64,000 nucleotides of DNA from positions 4,092,001 to 4,156,000 of the forward strand of contig JBHGNT010000015.1 of the NCBI GenBank assembly GCA_043228905.1. Direction: 5' to 3'. Below, one piece after another: positions 48,667 through 61,448 of this stretch (within the stretch, counting starts at the first letter, position 1; every line of letters begins with the position of its first letter). Made by a program: the position numbers and the translations under genes. The notes below the pieces were generated by a model, which was not told the DNA's origin, did not search any database, and worked only from the letters and a program-made list of their open reading frames with translations. The stretch comes from Azolla caroliniana. Lineage: Eukaryota > Plantae > Polypodiophyta.

Positions 48667-50761
48667 GATTTGGGCGAACGGTCATAAATTGTACAGTTCG
48701 TCGTCCATCTTCACTACGGATTTTCGCATAGGCAGAACCATTGTCGAGGACTTTGGTCTCCATTCGTACGGCTGTAATGTATGGTTGCCCCAGGATTATT
48801 GGATAGGTAGATCCTTCCTGCACAAAGAAATGTTGATCTACCTCTATATCACCAATAGTAACCTTTACATTTGGGCATGCACCAAATAAATCTTCCGTGA
48901 CTGATGTGGCAGCTTTTACTCGCCAACCATGTTGAGTATCAATTGGCCATCTACCTTTCCTGTAAAAATCAGCACTCATTATATTTATTTCAGAACCATG
49001 ATCAATAAGTGCCATCACGGGGTCTGGAACATTTCCAATCTTCACATGATGCTCAGTAGTGGCTCTTGCCCAACATTTGAGAGAGTAATGGCTTCTTACA
49101 TCTGTTGAATTTATCATTGAGGTTGATGCATGTTGAGAGTCAACAACAATATTGTTTGACTCGTTGCTCACCACTTCATATGCCACCTTCGGATTTGTCT
49201 CTTTAACCTGCTCATTTACTTGCTTCTTTCTTCGCACAATATCAATTATTTCATCATGAAATTCCTTTTTTGCAATACCTAACACTTCTCTTAGTGTAAA
49301 TTCTACTCGACTGTCTAGTATTCTTGTTTCTAAAACTTTCTTTAAATCTGTATCCTTTTCAATATCAGACATTAATTTGAATGAAGGACCAGATTTACCT
49401 TTTTCAACTTTTGCGTCCATCTCTTTTCTTTTGCTTTCTCTTGTTTCATGCTTTTTGGTTGAGCCAATCTCCTCATCCGATCTTTTCCTTTTTTCTTCCA
49501 CTATCACCTCATGCTCTTGGTGTTCTGCCATTTGAGCATAGACTGTCATAACATCTACTGGAACATCCCATCCAGTGTTTTTCCTCACAGAATCTCCGGC
49601 AACACGAAGGTCTTCCATCTTCATCTTTTGTTTTTGTGCGGTACTTACAACCTTCTCCCAGAATGGTGATCGGGATGGCATGTCATCGAGACGCACCCCT
49701 GCCGTTGCCGAGTAGTACATTGCGGAAGCCTTCTTTGCTTCAGCTTCTTCAAATTTAACCTTAACACCACCATCACCAAAGTTCTTTGTAAGCAGAGATC
49801 TAGTTTCAGTTAAGTAAATGTTACCATTTTTCCAATAGACCAAGTCTCGATTCTCCATGTCTTTATATTCTTCACAATCACGTAGACGATGGTCGAGACT
49901 ATCACACCACATGCATCGAGGTCGAAATGGTTCCCTTGACCTCGAAGTCTGACCATTCTCAAGCTTTGCCACTTTAATTGTTAGATCTTTCATACTTTGA
50001 ACTAAATCATCAAGCAAAAACTCACTCTTAGTTCCCGTCATTTCTCGTGGTTGATGGACCATTTCGTGTGATGGTTCTCGACCAAGTCTTTGAACTTCGA
50101 TGTTTTGCTCAAGCCGATTTGTGTTTCCCACATGTGGTATTTGTAGCATTACACCATTCCTTTGCATTCTTTTCATAAATTTATTACAAGCATTTGTTAC
50201 CTCATTCCAATCTGTCGTTATACCATCCTCGGTATTTGGCACTTCAAGCATAAATTCCAATTCTTTTCTATATCTCTTGTCAACTGCCTGCAAAAATAAA
50301 GCAACCTTTTGCCAAGACAAAGAATTTCTTTCTTCTGGCTTTAGGTGTCCATACATCCTATCAAACTCTCTTTTTGTGTCAGACACAGATAACCCTTTAT
50401 CTTCTTTTAAGATCCATTCATGAAATGAACGCATAGTAACTCGAGAGAAATCCTCACGAGCATATTCAGACACAAGTGCTTCTTTGAATGCATTCCAATC
50501 CAAACTATGCAATGCTTGTATTTCATGAATTCTATCTCTTAATTCCATGTCCACTAATTTATAAAAGTTTGCTATCATATTGACATCATTTATACCAAAC
50601 ATTTCCATTTCATCATAATATATATTCACATACTTCGAAATATTTGTGCCATCAAACATACCAATCTTCTCTCGGACTTCTCGTAAGGCATGAAATAATC
50701 GATCTTGATTCAACTTTTCAATAAACAACATTACCGGATCCATTGTACTCGTACTTGCCAT
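48587..50761 (-). CDS. Gag-protease
   Basis: Zinc knuckle CMWCDSLDHRLRDC and aspartic protease ALIDHGSE..IILGQPY. Confidence 0.9.
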   Translation of the reverse strand: MASTSTMDPVMLFIEKLNQDRLFHALREVREKIGMFDGTNISKYVNIYYDEMEMFGINDVNMIANFYKLVDMELRDRIHEIQALHSLDWNAFKEALVSEYAREDFSRVTMRSFHEWILKEDKGLSVSDTKREFDRMYGHLKPEERNSLSWQKVALFLQAVDKRYRKELEFMLEVPNTEDGITTDWNEVTNACNKFMKRMQRNGVMLQIPHVGNTNRLEQNIEVQRLGREPSHEMVHQPREMTGTKSEFLLDDLVQSMKDLTIKVAKLENGQTSRSREPFRPRCMWCDSLDHRLRDCEEYKDMENRDLVYWKNGNIYLTETRSLLTKNFGDGGVKVKFEEAEAKKASAMYYSATAGVRLDDMPSRSPFWEKVVSTAQKQKMKMEDLRVAGDSVRKNTGWDVPVDVMTVYAQMAEHQEHEVIVEEKRKRSDEEIGSTKKHETRESKRKEMDAKVEKGKSGPSFKLMSDIEKDTDLKKVLETRILDSRVEFTLREVLGIAKKEFHDEIIDIVRRKKQVNEQVKETNPKVAYEVVSNESNNIVVDSQHASTSMINSTDVRSHYSLKCWARATTEHHVKIGNVPDPVMALIDHGSEINIMSADFYRKGRWPIDTQHGWRVKAATSVTEDLFGACPNVKVTIGDIEVDQHFFVQEGSTYPIILGQPYITAVRMETKVLDNGSAYAKIRSEDGRRTVQFMTVRPNHERNKQELRDHSIPKDCDDFDNQVFD

Positions 50762-51915
50762 GTTGATGTTGATCTTTACTTTAGATGTCTCTTCTACTTC
50801 CCCGTTTCACGTCGGGTTCACCAATTTGTGTCGTGGCGTGGCTCGCCTAGAAGCGTAGCGTTGCGTAGACAAAAGATATCGTGAAAGTGAGGAAGGAATC
50901 ACTGGGATTATGGACGGAAGAGACGAAAGAGTAGAGATAGATAAATAGTGATCAACAAGATATGACAAGATAGGATATAGAATGATATTTGAAGCAATAA
51001 AAGAGATTTATAATTATTTGATAAAAGAGTTACAAAATGATTGTGCACATCATTGAACCTCCGAACTTTGTCTTGCAAGGTAATCGCTCTTCTCTTTCTT
51101 GATCGTAGACCATTACAATCTTCACTTCAATATTTTGATGAAGATAAGGCTCGAACCGCCTCCCTCTTGTTGAGAGTTGACCACCACGACCGCCAAGCTA
51201 GAGCTCCACGTTTATGTTAAACTTCTTCCCTTCTTTCTCTATTTTTATGGTATCTCTTATGAAGTACATAATTTGATTGATATCTCATACATATCCCCCT
51301 TTGATCTTCTCTTTCACCATTTAAATAGGTGCCCCCATGCATATGATGCATTGGAGGGTACAAATCATGCATGTAGTGCATGAAATGCATGTGATGCATG
51401 ATCACCATTTGGCGTTCATGCATTACATGTGATGCATGATAAACATCTCGCTCATTTGAGCTTTTATGTATGAAACAATATATGCAATAACAATAAACAT
51501 GAAAACATAATCTTAAAGAGAAAGGGCCTAGCCTAATGGTAGGTGTGTTGACTTTAGTGTATGAGGTTGTGGGTTCGAGTCTCAAAATACTATTGAATAC
51601 AACATGCAACTTTATTTTTATATCATGAAGCAAATCCTTTATGTAATATAAAGTATATATAAAGTATGCTTTATTTTATGAATATTATTAGTGTAGAGTA
51701 AATGGTAAGATTTGAGAGTCATAGGGTGGGCTTATTGGTTCAAGTCCTCTCTTGTTCGTGTAATATAATATATTTATATATATATATATATTATTTTTCT
51801 TTACATATATATAATATTATCATATGTGTTGTTATAAAACATTATCAAATGTTATTTTAGTTACGTATTTATCTTATTGTAGACTTTTAATGTGAAGCTT
51901 TCGTACTTCACGACA

Positions 51916-53723
51916 ACGAGACCTGGGACCTGGTTGACGCACCGAAGGGTGTGAAGCCGATCGGGTGTAGATGGGTGTACAAAGTCAAGTACAACACCGA
52001 TGGCTCGGTCAACCGGTACAAGACTCGGCTGGTGGCAAAGGGCTACGCGCAGAAACATGGCATCGACTACGATGAGACGTTTGCGCCAGTCGCGAAAACG
52101 ACGACCGTCCGTGTTTTGCTCGCAGTAGCTGCGGCCAAGGGGTGGCAGTTACATCAGATGGATGTAAAGAATGCGTTCCTGCAAGGTGACCTTGAGGAAC
52201 AGGTGTACATGGTACAACCCCCCGGATTTCACTCTGGAACGAACTCTTCGGTAGTATGCCGACTGAAGAAGTCCCTTTATGGACTGAAGCAAGCCCCGCG
52301 TGCTTGGAACGCGAAGATCACGCAACAACTGCATCGGATGGGCTTCGTCACGTCAAAATCGGACTCTTCCTTGTTCATCTAGAAAGGTCGACTCGGACCG
52401 GTTAGTATTTTACTGTACGTTGATGACTTGGTCATCACCGGCGCCGACCTAGGTGAAATCGACCGCGTGAAGCTCTAGCTTGCGGTATCGTTCGACATGA
52501 AGGATCTGGGGGACCTTCATTACTTCCTCGGGATCGAAGTGATCCGTACCCCCGAAGGCATATTGATCAGCCAACGTCACTACGTGCTGAGTATGCTCTT
52601 CAAATTCGGGATGGCCGATTGTAAGTCCGTCTTGACTCCTCTGGATAGAACCGTGAAGCTTCGTCCCGATATGGGAAAGGTATGCGACCCGACGAGGTTC
52701 CGACAAATTGTCGGAAGCCTCATATAATTGACCATCACCCGACCCGACCTCAGTTATCTGGTCGGGGTGATCAGTCAGTTCATGGTGAGACCTACCGAGG
52801 AGCACCTTCAGTGTGCGCAACACATACTTCGGTATGTAAGCGGCACTAAGGACCGCGGACTGCTATATCGGACCAGTGCAGCCGCGCAGTTAGTCGGCTA
52901 CACTGATGCTGATTGGGCTGGCAACGCCGCCGATCGCCGATCCACGTCTGGATACGCGTTCTCCCTCGGGAGTGCCACGATCGTGTGGAGCAGTAAGAAG
53001 CAGCCGACAGTTGCACTGTCGATCACCGAAGCTGAGTACCGAGGAGCGGCTATCGCGACATGCGAAGTCATATAGTTGAAGCGGCTACTTAAGGACCTGC
53101 AAGAGGAGGTGTCCGATCCAACGACGATCTACTGCGACAACCTTAGTAGCATCCAACTTGCGAAGAACCCCGTTTTCCATGCATGGACCAAGCACATTGA
53201 GGTGCATTACCATTTCGTCCGTGAGCGTGTCCTTTCCGGTGAAGTCGAACTTCAGTACGTTCCGACGGATCGGCAGACTGCCGACATCTTCACAAAGCCT
53301 CTTGGTCTGGACAAGTTGCGGCAATTCTCAGGTGCGCTCGGGTTGCGTCACCTCGACGTGCCGAACTTGAGGGGGAGAACAGTCCCGAACGACCAAGCAA
53401 GGCAGCAGGAAAGGAGCGGTGACCATGACACCAAGTCAGACGGATCGGCTGAAGAAGCCGAGGGCAACTTCAGATCGGCTGAAGAAGCCGAGGGCGGACC
53501 CGCGGAAAAGTCCGGAAGCGAACAGAAGGGGAGCAACCAAAGGAGAGAGCTGAAGCCAACCACATATGGGGAAGATGACGACATCGAGGGCGAGAAGACC
53601 GAAGACGAGTTAGAGACAGCCAACTCGGACGAGAGCGAAAACCGATCGGAGATAGCCGAGTCGGTTCGGATGTTTGATTCAGATACGCTAAATCAACCGA
53701 GGCCCAAGCGGAAGAAAAGGTAG
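51916..53723 (+). pseudogene. Copia B RT-RNase H with premature stops and a charged C-terminal extension
   Basis: [31 protein letters not shown] and KHIEVHYHF motifs, with several in-frame stops. Confidence 0.88.
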
Positions 53724-54298
53724 CAGAAGAAGCGTCAACACCGCAACAACAGAAGAGCTGATGAGGGCCACATGAGCAGACAAGCCGATCGGAAGGGTCG
53801 AAGCGCGCGGGGTCGAATAGGTCGAGGAGCGCGAGTGAGGCGAGAAGCCAGGAGGAACCGGTGCTGTGAAGATCCCGAAGAGCCTTAAGTTGAGCTTGAG
53901 GGGGAGTGTTGAGAGACAAGCTCAACATCGGCCAGATCGGCTGAAGAAGCCGAGGACCGGATCGGTTGGGACCGATCGGTTAGGCCGAGTACATAAACCG
54001 GGAGATCGTTAGGAAAGATATTCCGTGAGGAATATATTTGGGAGTTAGTGTAGGGGCTCTTGATGAGCATTGAAGTACTGTCAGTACTTCGGTCAGTCCT
54101 TCTAGGGCTTGTATAAAAGTGTTCACTGAGCACGTCTTATGTACAGAGATTGAGTATTATTGTGGAATATAGTTTTTTGTGTTTCTCTCTCTGTCTCTCC
54201 CGCGTATATCGTGTAAGCCTAAGCTCTCCATTGAACCTGAGTTTCCTTCCTCTGTTCTGTCTTCATACTTGCTTCCGCACGCTACTTTCTACACTTCT

Positions 54299-57200
54299 AA
54301 CATGTTGAACCGCTCAAGCACCTTTGTCACGTATTTCTCCTGTGACAACCACAATTGCTTCTTTGACTGGTCCCGGATGATGTGCATCCCCAGCATCTGT
54401 CTTGCCGGACCCAATTCTTTCATTGCGAAAGTTCGGTTGAGAGCCTTCTTCAACATCCGTATTTTGGCTTGGTCCCATCCGACGATCAACATGTCGTCCA
54501 TGTACAGAAGGAGTATCAGGAAGTTTCCTCCTTCGAACTTCTTCACAAACATGCAGTGATCGGCCTGCGTCTTGTGGTACCCTTAATCGGTCATGAAGGA
54601 GTCGAACTTCCGGTACCATTGTCAGGGAGCCTGCTTCAGTCCATACAGGCTCTTCTTCAACCGGCAAACCAGGTGCTCCTTCCCTTCCTCCACGAATCCT
54701 TCCTGTTGCTGCATGTAGATCTCCTCTTCGAGGTCATCGTGAAGGAATGTCGTCTTCACGTCCAGTTGCTCTACCTCGAGGTTCATGCTTGCCGCTATAC
54801 TTAGCATTGTCCGGATGGAGGTCATCTTTACTACTGGGGAAAATATCTCGTCGAAGTCCACACCCTTCTTTTGCTAGAACCCCTTCACCACGATCCTGGC
54901 TTTGTATCTCGGGGGTTTGCCGGCATCTCCCGGTTTCAACTTGTACACCCACTTGTTTCGGAGTGCCCGCTTTCCTTTCGGCAACTCCACCAATTCGTAC
55001 GTATGGTTCTCATGCAGGGAATCCATGTCATCCTGCATGGCACTTAACCATTTGTGGCTATGGGCGTCACTTTTAGCTTCCTCGAAGCTTTCTGGCTCCT
55101 CCTCATCGGTTAGCAACACATGCTCTGCATCTGGAAATCTCTGGGGGGGCCTTCTCTCTCTGAGAGGATATCTCCATCTTTGGCTTTCGGCAACCGGCTC
55201 CTCTATTTGTTCTTCATCCGAATCCGATTCGAGATCTTGGCCAGTTCCGGTTTCACCTATTCCTTCTGCTTCGGCCTGTCTTGTCTCCTCACCGTCACCG
55301 GCCGGTTCATCGAGTGCTAACCGGTCTCTTGCCGGTTGGGTCTGCTCATCGTAGAATCGATCCTTACCGGTCGACTTGGAGTTCACTATCTTCTTCTCCG
55401 ACTCCCAGTCGGTGAGCGTCTTGTCCTCCATGAAGATAATATCTCGACTCCGGAATACCTTCTTGTCAACAGGATCCCACACTTGGTAGCCAAACTCATA
55501 ATCGCCGTATCCGAGGAATATGCATGGTCGGGTCTTTGGTTCCAACTTTCCTCTCCGGTCCTTAGCAACATGCACGTACGCAAGACACCCGAACACCTTC
55601 AGATGCCAGTAGGACACTTCCTTACCGGTCCATACTCTTTGCGGCGTGTCTCCATCCAAGGGTACTGAGGGTGATTTGTTTATCACATATGTCGCCGTCG
55701 ACAGTGCCTCAGCCCAAAAATTCTTGGGTAATTTTGCATGCGCTAGCATACTCCGGACCCTCTCCATTATGGTCTGGTTCATCCTCTCGGCCAACCCGTT
55801 TAGTTCCGGCGTCTTCGGCACGGTAAATTCGAGCCGGATTCCCTTCGAGCGGCAGTACTCCTCAAACTGCCCCCGGTATTCTCCTCCATTATCTACTCGA
55901 ACCGCCTTCAGCTTCCGGCCGATTTCTCTTTCCACTCTCGCATGGAGCTCTTTGAAGACGGATAGCACCTGATCCTTCGTCTTCAACGGTGTGGCCCACA
56001 ACCTCCTGCTGTGGTCATCTATGAACGTCACGAAGTACTGCGATCCTGCATGTGACTTCGTGTCCACTTGACACACATCAGTATGCACCAACTCTAGTGG
56101 TGCATTACGTCTCATCGGTGTCCTCGATCGGAAGGAGGTCCGGTTTTGCTTACCGGCTAGGCAGTCGATGCACCTCTCAAGATGCACTTTCTTCACCGGA
56201 ATGAGGTTGTCATCGACAAGCCTCTTCATCAACTTCATGCTCATGTGACACAGTCTCTTGTGCCACAGCTCACCGACAGTGTCGGAAGCCATGTTCACTT
56301 CTTCCGGGCATAACCGGGCATTCATCAAGTACAACGTGTTGACCTTCCGGGCCCGAGCCACAATTAGGCTCCCTTTGCTGAACTTCATAACACCGTTCCG
56401 GATGCTACCCGTGTAGCCTTCATCATCTAGCCGACCGGCTGATATCAGGTTCAGTCGAACCTCCGAAACGTGTCGGACATCCTTCAGCAACAACTTGCAT
56501 CTGGTTGGTGTTGTCAACCACACGTCTCCTATGCCGACTATTCGGCATGTACCTTCATTCCCCATCCAGACACAGCCGTGATCACCGGCTGAGTAGGATG
56601 AGAAGCATTTCCGATTCGGAGTAAGGTGGAACGATGCTCCGGAGTCGACCACCCAGGTCATCTCTTTGCCGGCAAGGTTTAGCTCACTCTCCTCCGTGAT
56701 GAGCATCAACTCTTCTTCACTTGCCGCGATTGCCGTCGTCCCCTTCCGGTCCGTTCCCCGCCGATCTTTACCGTTCCGGTCAGGTGTCTGCTTCGAATCG
56801 GTATCGTCAGTTTCCTTGTCTTTTCGGAAGTGCCGACAGTTCTTCTGGAAGTGTCCCAGCTTGCCGCAATAGAAGCAGGTAGGCCTCCCCCTTGACTTTG
56901 ACAGTGTCCCAACTTCTCCCGGTTCTGGGGACTACGATTCCTTTGTCTTCCGCGTTCCGATTCGGTAATGAGCGCTTTGGAGTCGGAGTTCGTATCCTTG
57001 TCTTTCCGACGCACCTCCTCATCCAGCAAGCTCGACTTCACTTTTGCTAGGGATAACTGTTTCCCTTCCGGCCCGGCATTGCCCAAAGTGACAACCAACG
57101 TCTCCCAACTATCTGGGAGGGAACCGAGTTGGAGTAATGCTAGTACCTCATCGGCGAGAGGTACTTCCAATGATGTTGCCTGGTGTATCAGCCCCTGGAA

Positions 57201-57570
57201 GGCATTCATGTGCTCCGCCATGCAGGAGCCATCTTGGTACCGGAGTCTTACTAGCTTCCGAAATACCGAAACCTGATTAACAACATTTTTGTTCTGAAAC
57301 ATAATGCCGATCTTCTCCCAGAGCTCATGAGCCTTGCTCTCTTCATTGAAGTTGTTGTATAGACTCATGTCGATGAAGCACCGTATATATGCCGTTGTCT
57401 TCATGTGCATCACCTCCCATATCGTGGCATCGATTTTGTTCGGTCTCTTCTCCATGAACTGAACCGGCAGCCAAAGATCCTTAACCACGAGCATGTCCCT
57501 CATCTTCGACTTCCACACTGAATAGTTGGAGCCGGTGAGCTTGAACATGCCTCCCAATGAATCATCCATT
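54299..57570 (-). pseudogene. Copia A gag-PR-IN-RT polyprotein, frameshifted
   Basis: WVVDSGAS, LWHKRLCH, VHTDVC, FIDDHSR, DNGGEY, NGLAER and YMDDML motifs. Frameshift near 56900 and stops near 54874. Confidence 0.88.
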
Positions 57571-60500
57571 TTTCTGTGTCGTTTTGCTCTCATACCAGAT
57601 TGAAAGGAATACGGCTTCCTAAGCTATGCTCGGCCACAACCGAGACGTCGGATCAAGCGCAAAAAACAGGGACGTGATGAGATGTATCTACACACGAAAC
57701 AGTAAAGAAGAGAGTGCACTGGATGTTAACGTGGAAAACCCAAATCTGGGAAAAACCACAACAGCCCTCAGACTGCAAAATATCACTATATCAAGATTAC
57801 AACAATGGGGCACAGAGGCAACGACCCCTTGCTCCCTCGCTTCGCCACTAGGCGGTTACAACAGAGGCGACGACCTCTTCCTCTCTCTCTCTCTCTTCTC
57901 TGTACACAGTTACGCTCTGAATTATCGCCACAACGATAATAATACAACCAGCTCTACATCATTACTATTAAGTTTGCCCTAGGTCATATTTATACTAATA
58001 TGACTTTCAGGCTATTTACAAATATAGCCCCAGTGGGCTCTCTGGAACATATTTACATATATGTCCCTTCCATCCGATGAGAGGTTCTCACCGGGCCTAC
58101 AACATCCGGTTCTCATCGGGTCTTCCGTTGCCGGGTACTCATCATCCGGTTCTCACCGGGTCTTCCGTTGCCGGGTACTCATCATCCGGTTCTCACCAGG
58201 TCTTCCGTTGCCGGGTACTCCACATCCGGTTCTCACCGGGTCTTCCGTTGTCGGGTACTCCACATCAGGATTCGGCCTCGGTCGAGTTGCTCATCAATAT
58301 TGTTCTTCTCAGTTCCCATCCGGGAGGGACCTGTTTCCTAACAATCCCGGTAGGTGAGATAATGTAACTCATGAATTTGAGAGAGGGGCTATCGAATTCG
58401 TATTCTCACTTTTGGCGAAAAGCCCATATTCTCGGAGTTTGGTGAGAATCAGTCAGATGTGGTGTGTGTGCTCCTCCTAGTTGAAAGAAAAAACTAGGAT
58501 GTCGTCAAGGTAGATGACCACGAAATGATCGAGATACTCTCGAAAAATATCGTTCATCATGTGCTTGAAGATGGCTGGAGCGTTGGTAAGGCCGAATGGC
58601 ATCACTTTGTACTCGAAATGTCCATAGCGCGTACGAAAGGCCATTTTCCATTCGTCCCCAGACTTGACGCGCACCAAATTGTAGGTGTCCCGAAGGTCGA
58701 TTCTAGAGAAGATATGTGTAGTTCAGAGTCGATCCAAAAGTGCTGGAATTAAGGGTAGGGGGTAACAATTACACACTGTAACTTTGTTGAGACCCTGATA
58801 ATCCACACATAAGCGTAAGGAGCAGTTCTTCTTTTTGACAAATAAGATTGGTGCCCCAATCGGTGATTTGGAGGGTTGAATGAAACCCTTCGCGAGATTC
58901 TCAGCTAGATATCTGAGGAGAGCCTCAAGTTCGGGTTCCGATAACCCATAGATAGGAACGAATGGGGGATGCTCACCATCTTGGAGTTCGATTGGGCAAT
59001 CGTAGGGGCGATGAGCTGGTAACCGATCAACATTCCGCTTTTCGAAGATGTCGGAAAGTTGCTATATCGTATGGGTAAATTGTTGACAAGAACGGTGACA
59101 TCCCCCAACACAACGACTAATGTAGCGAGTGTCGTGACCTAGCAAGAATTAACCTTACTGGAAAAGTGATGGAGTGGTTACACCAATCCACTGTTGGATT
59201 GTGTGTCTCCAACCAAGATAGCCCCAACACAATCGGATGTTGGGGGGTTGCGATGAGGTAGAACGTGAGTTCCTCCTAGTGCGCCCCAACTTGAAATACC
59301 AACGGGATAGTGGCTTCGGTAACTGACCCCGAAGAGAGAACCTGGCCGTTGATCGCTTCAACGGATGTGGGTTGTGATGTGCGAACGGTGGGATATTATG
59401 TGCACGGACAAACGATTTATCGATAAAGCAAGTAGATGCTCCGAAGTCGAGCAAGGCATGAAAATTTATTGAAGTCGAACCAAAACAAAGACTTACTTGC
59501 AAAGAAAACCCTCCTAATGGCGGAACGGACTTGTAGGAGCATGGAGAAGGTGAGTAATGGGAAGCCTCCAGTGGCATGGCTCCTACTACAATCGGACTTG
59601 GTCATTTTTCTGTCGTCGAGGAACCTCCGCAAGACGTGCATGATGGAATTGGTGTTGCGGGCCCCGCTCCGGGCAGTGGCGGATGACATGGCCGGGGTTG
59701 CCACAATAGAGACAGAGTCCATTGTCCCGACGATGTTGGCGTTGGGCTTCGGTTAGTGGTTGGAATCGAGCATGGTCGATCTCCATCGGGATATGGAAAT
59801 TGACCTCTGTCGTGGTATGGGTATCACTGGGTGAAGGTAAGGTTTGCGTGGGAGACAATTAGGGCCTAACGATTGATGTGTTTCGGGAAGAAGCCTGAGC
59901 CCTACAAGTCCCCCTTTCTTCTTGACGAAGTTCGAAGAGACGATTGTCACACTGGACAGCTTGGGAGATTACTTGAGACAACGATGTGGGCTCCAGGAAG
60001 TTTAAAAGAAGGGTCTTGATGTCATTTCGGAGGCCGCGACGGAAATGGTCATCCCAACTAACATCGCAGGCAATCTGATGGAACTCTGAGGCGTAGACCG
60101 AGGCTAGACATGAGCCTTGTTGGAAAGAATAAAGCTTTGTGAGTGTCGTTCGTTGCTGGTCTGTCTCCCCAAATTTCGCTTCGAGCTCCTCAATGAAAGC
60201 GGTGAAGTTTTCTAAGAGAGGGGATGACACCTCGATCAAGGGTGCGAACCATGCTTGCGCCGGCCCGGAGAGAAGCGTGCCGACAAGCCTAACACGAGAA
60301 AAGTTGCTAGCATAACGTTGGGGCTGTAACCGGATGATAAGCCGAATTTGGTTGATGAAGTTGCGAAGATATGCCCTTGTGCCATTATATTTGTCTGGTA
60401 GGCTAATGTTTGGTTCGAGGACATATGGATGCGAAGAGGATGTGGTCAGGCTAGGTGCCGACAGTGGTTGTGACTCGATGGGTGGTGGATTTCTTCAAGT

Positions 60501-61448
60501 GCCGGATTGCAACTCTCGTAATGATTCCCGAAGGATTTCATTCTCTAGCTGAAGTTGTTGCAAGGCTGTCATGATTTGGTTTGGGTTGTCGACGGAGCTG
60601 GACATGGCAACAAGAATAGGGAAGGTGAACAAACTGTCACGAACAAGTATAATAGAGCAAAGCAAAGACAAGACTAGAACACAAGAGAGAGGAAAGGAAC
60701 AAGAACTCAACTAGAATCCATAACTGGTGTTGTTCACCTTGATTAGAATCAAGGTGCACCTGAGTATTTATACAAGAAGGTAGGGCTATGTAAGCCAACT
60801 AGAAATAGAGTATGCGTGATGATGCATGCAATAGAGAATGCATGAGAATGTGTGCAAGCTAGAAACATCCGATGTTCAATCTACACTACATGAAGTTGGA
60901 TTTGGTATAAGGATGCATGTGTAGTTCAATTGGTAGGGTTTCCCAATAGAGATGATGAGGTCTTAGGTTCAATACTTACCTTCCTCTGTGGCATATGTCT
61001 ATAACAGTCAAAAGTATTGACAAGTGCTTTGTTAATAATTAGGTAGTTAACTAGGGTTAATTAGTATCTAATTATGTGAGTAGTTAATAAGCGAAAGATT
61101 ATGTGATATGTGTGTGAGAGGAAGTTACACTTATGAACAATATTATAAATAGGGGATGATTAACGGGAGTGTATATTAAAAAGCATCATCAAATCCAAAA
61201 ATTCCCACAATGAGGTATATATACATCTCATATGCAAAGGTGCACATGTGTGAGTAGAATATAGGTACAAAGGTGTAAGTCCTATATTAAATGAACATGA
61301 GAGTGGAGGATGTACAATGTATCCCACTCAAGTAAAAATCCTATTTAAGGCTTTAAGGTCAACACACTAACTAGATTCTATCTAGGTAACCACTAAGTTA
61401 CGTGTGTTGACTAACTAACTAAATCTAGTTCAGCTTGATATCTCAACA

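Larger units (their letters stand above)
44009..51915 (-). mobile_element. Intact, very recent autonomous Ty3/gypsy element (non-chromovirus, tRNA-Trp primed; Phygy/Selgy-like, lineage tentative)
   Basis: 1087-bp LTRs at 44009-45095 and 50829-51915 with no differences seen, Trp PBS at ~50806-50823, PPT at 45096-45109 and two intact ORFs. Confidence 0.95.
38557..54293 (+). mobile_element. Ty1/copia element B, internally deleted (no PR/IN), nested in copia A
   Basis: 387-bp LTRs (38557-38785 plus 42385-42542, and 53907-54293), TSD CTTCT, PBS TGGTATCAGAGC at 42543 and a PPT before 53907. Confidence 0.93.
37158..58343 (-). mobile_element. Full-length Ty1/copia element A, interrupted within RT
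   Basis: LTRs at 37158-37800 and 57601-58343, TSD ATCCC, Met-type PBS at 57586-57597 and PPT at 37801-37810. Gag-PR-IN-RT lies at 57570-54299 and RT-RH at 38556-37811. Confidence 0.93.
36850..61448 (-). mobile_element. Degraded Tcn1/Tf1-like Ty3/gypsy element (host of the nest); pieces at 36850-37157 and 58344-~61448
   Basis: Gag (LPDKYNG..GPAQAWF; CLYCGNPGHVIRHC), protease ALLDFGAS and RT ([29 protein letters not shown]) continue across the copia insertion into KEVQSFLGFANFYR. The 5' LTR starts at 60635; its outer end is uncertain. Confidence 0.8.
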
